From NCBI GenBank assembly GCA_013265495.1, contig MU059537.1:2294001-2358000 (forward strand): a stretch of 64,000 bases of DNA, read 5' to 3'. The position numbers and the translations under genes are program-made. The stretch is from Vicugna vicugna (taxonomy: Eukaryota). Positions 62,911-64,000 of this stretch are shown in pieces (the stretch's first letter is position 1; each line of letters begins with the position of its first letter). Under the pieces are notes generated by a model that worked only from the letters and a program-made list of their open reading frames with translations, did not search any database and had not been told where the DNA came from.

Positions 62911-63869
62911 CTGCCCTTGGGGCTCAGCCCCGCAGAATCGGTCTATTTGTGGAAGATCCTTTCCAGACAGACCTGGCCCTGGCATTGGGCACAGACCAAG
63001 GTAAGACCAGGGCTGTTCTGGGTGAGCAGTGGGTAAGTCAGCACTTGAGAAGGCAGGGCTGGTTCTGCTGCAAGAGGAGGGGGCTCGGCAGCTCCCACCC
63101 GGTGGGCATCCCAGATCTCACCAGTCTGTTCATGCTGGGGGCTCAGCGTGGGGCCTTCCTGACTTTATCACTCTGAGCTGCTGGGAGGGAAGTTGGCACA
63201 GGAATGAATGGCATCAGAATCCCCTAAGAGCAGACCTGGACACCAAGATTTGGAGGCAGATGGAGTATTTGGGAGGTGACCGAGGAGCACAGACGGAGTG
63301 AGGAAATGGAACAAGGAGAGAAGGAAAGCCACCAGCAGGCTGGTGAGCCAGACATTCCACTGGGCAGCTTGAGCCCACAGCCCCCGGAGCCCATCTGGGC
63401 GTGTGTGAGGAACACGCCTGCACCGCTGCTCCCAGCCCTACCGAGGCACCAGGAGGCTGGGGAATTTATCATCAACATCAAGCCTTTTTGACGGAAGATT
63501 GCTTGTGGAGGCATGAACTCCCATGCACTTGGGCCTCAGACACTTCAAAGTCAAGCACCCCGAGGGCCATTCTGTGCACAGCCTTCTGCCTGAGCAGGGG
63601 CTGCTCCGCAGAGTGACGGGAGCCCTCCCGGGAGCCGGGGAGGGGCGGCCGGGAAACGGCACTGGCTGCGGGGAGTGGGCGGTCACTTTCCACTCTGACT
63701 TACTCCTCTAACTTCCTGTAGGTTAGGGACACGGGAGGAGCGCCAGGCAGGTAGTAGCTAGGCAGACAGATGCTGGATGGGTGGAGAGAGACACAGATAG
63801 AATGGTGAGGAAGGCAGCTTTTAGAGTTTCCTGTTGCATCATTTTTAATAAGAGACATTTGAGCATCAG

Positions 63870-63970
63870 CTATAGTGTAGGGTGAAGTATGGAGGCTCTG
63901 CAGCCAAAATGCCTGCCTTAGAACCCCAGCTTTGTGACCTTGAGCAGGTCACTTAACCTCTCTGTGCCTT
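63870..63970 (+). mobile_element. MIR SINE 5' part
   Basis: ctctgcagcc...gtgaccttgagcaggtcacttaacctctctgtgcct. Confidence 0.7.
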
Positions 63971-64000
63971 CGAGCTTTGCCTGGAGAACAGAAGCGCTTC

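Noticed and set aside
1-64000. CRISPR arrays, tRNA/rRNA genes, prokaryotic systems, processed pseudogenes
   Set aside because: None seen. This is spliced mammalian gene sequence with no regularly spaced repeats, and no poly(A)/TSD-flanked coding retrocopy was recognised.

Overview
Mammalian genomic DNA covering the middle of COL22A1 (collagen XXII alpha 1, a FACIT collagen) on the + strand. I traced 23 short phase-0 coding exons from 532 to 60937 (1302 nt, 434 codons), all with GT-AG introns. They splice into an open Gly-X-Y frame with the interruptions TSLFTPHPRLP and SPLLSPGDVNLLVKDMCNDC. The gene starts and ends outside the window. The host is probably a non-ruminant cetartiodactyl: one L1 3' end is of artiodactyl type and I saw no BovB, Bov-tA or PRE-1. 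Introns hold MIR, L2, MLT1, MER DNA transposons, old L1 and two antisense ERV1-type LTRs. The other ORFs in the track look spurious. The most unusual feature is a sharply bounded intronic CpG island (about 49520-50000) with promoter motifs and two consensus 5' splice sites that both point antisense to COL22A1. Also notable: an unexplained 45-bp core duplicated 8 kb apart, an L1 insertion whose target-site duplication includes an exon's probable branch point, tandem RFX X-boxes, and a possible decayed collagen pseudo-exon. Repeat names and human comparisons are from memory, not database searches, and repeat boundaries are approximate unless stated.
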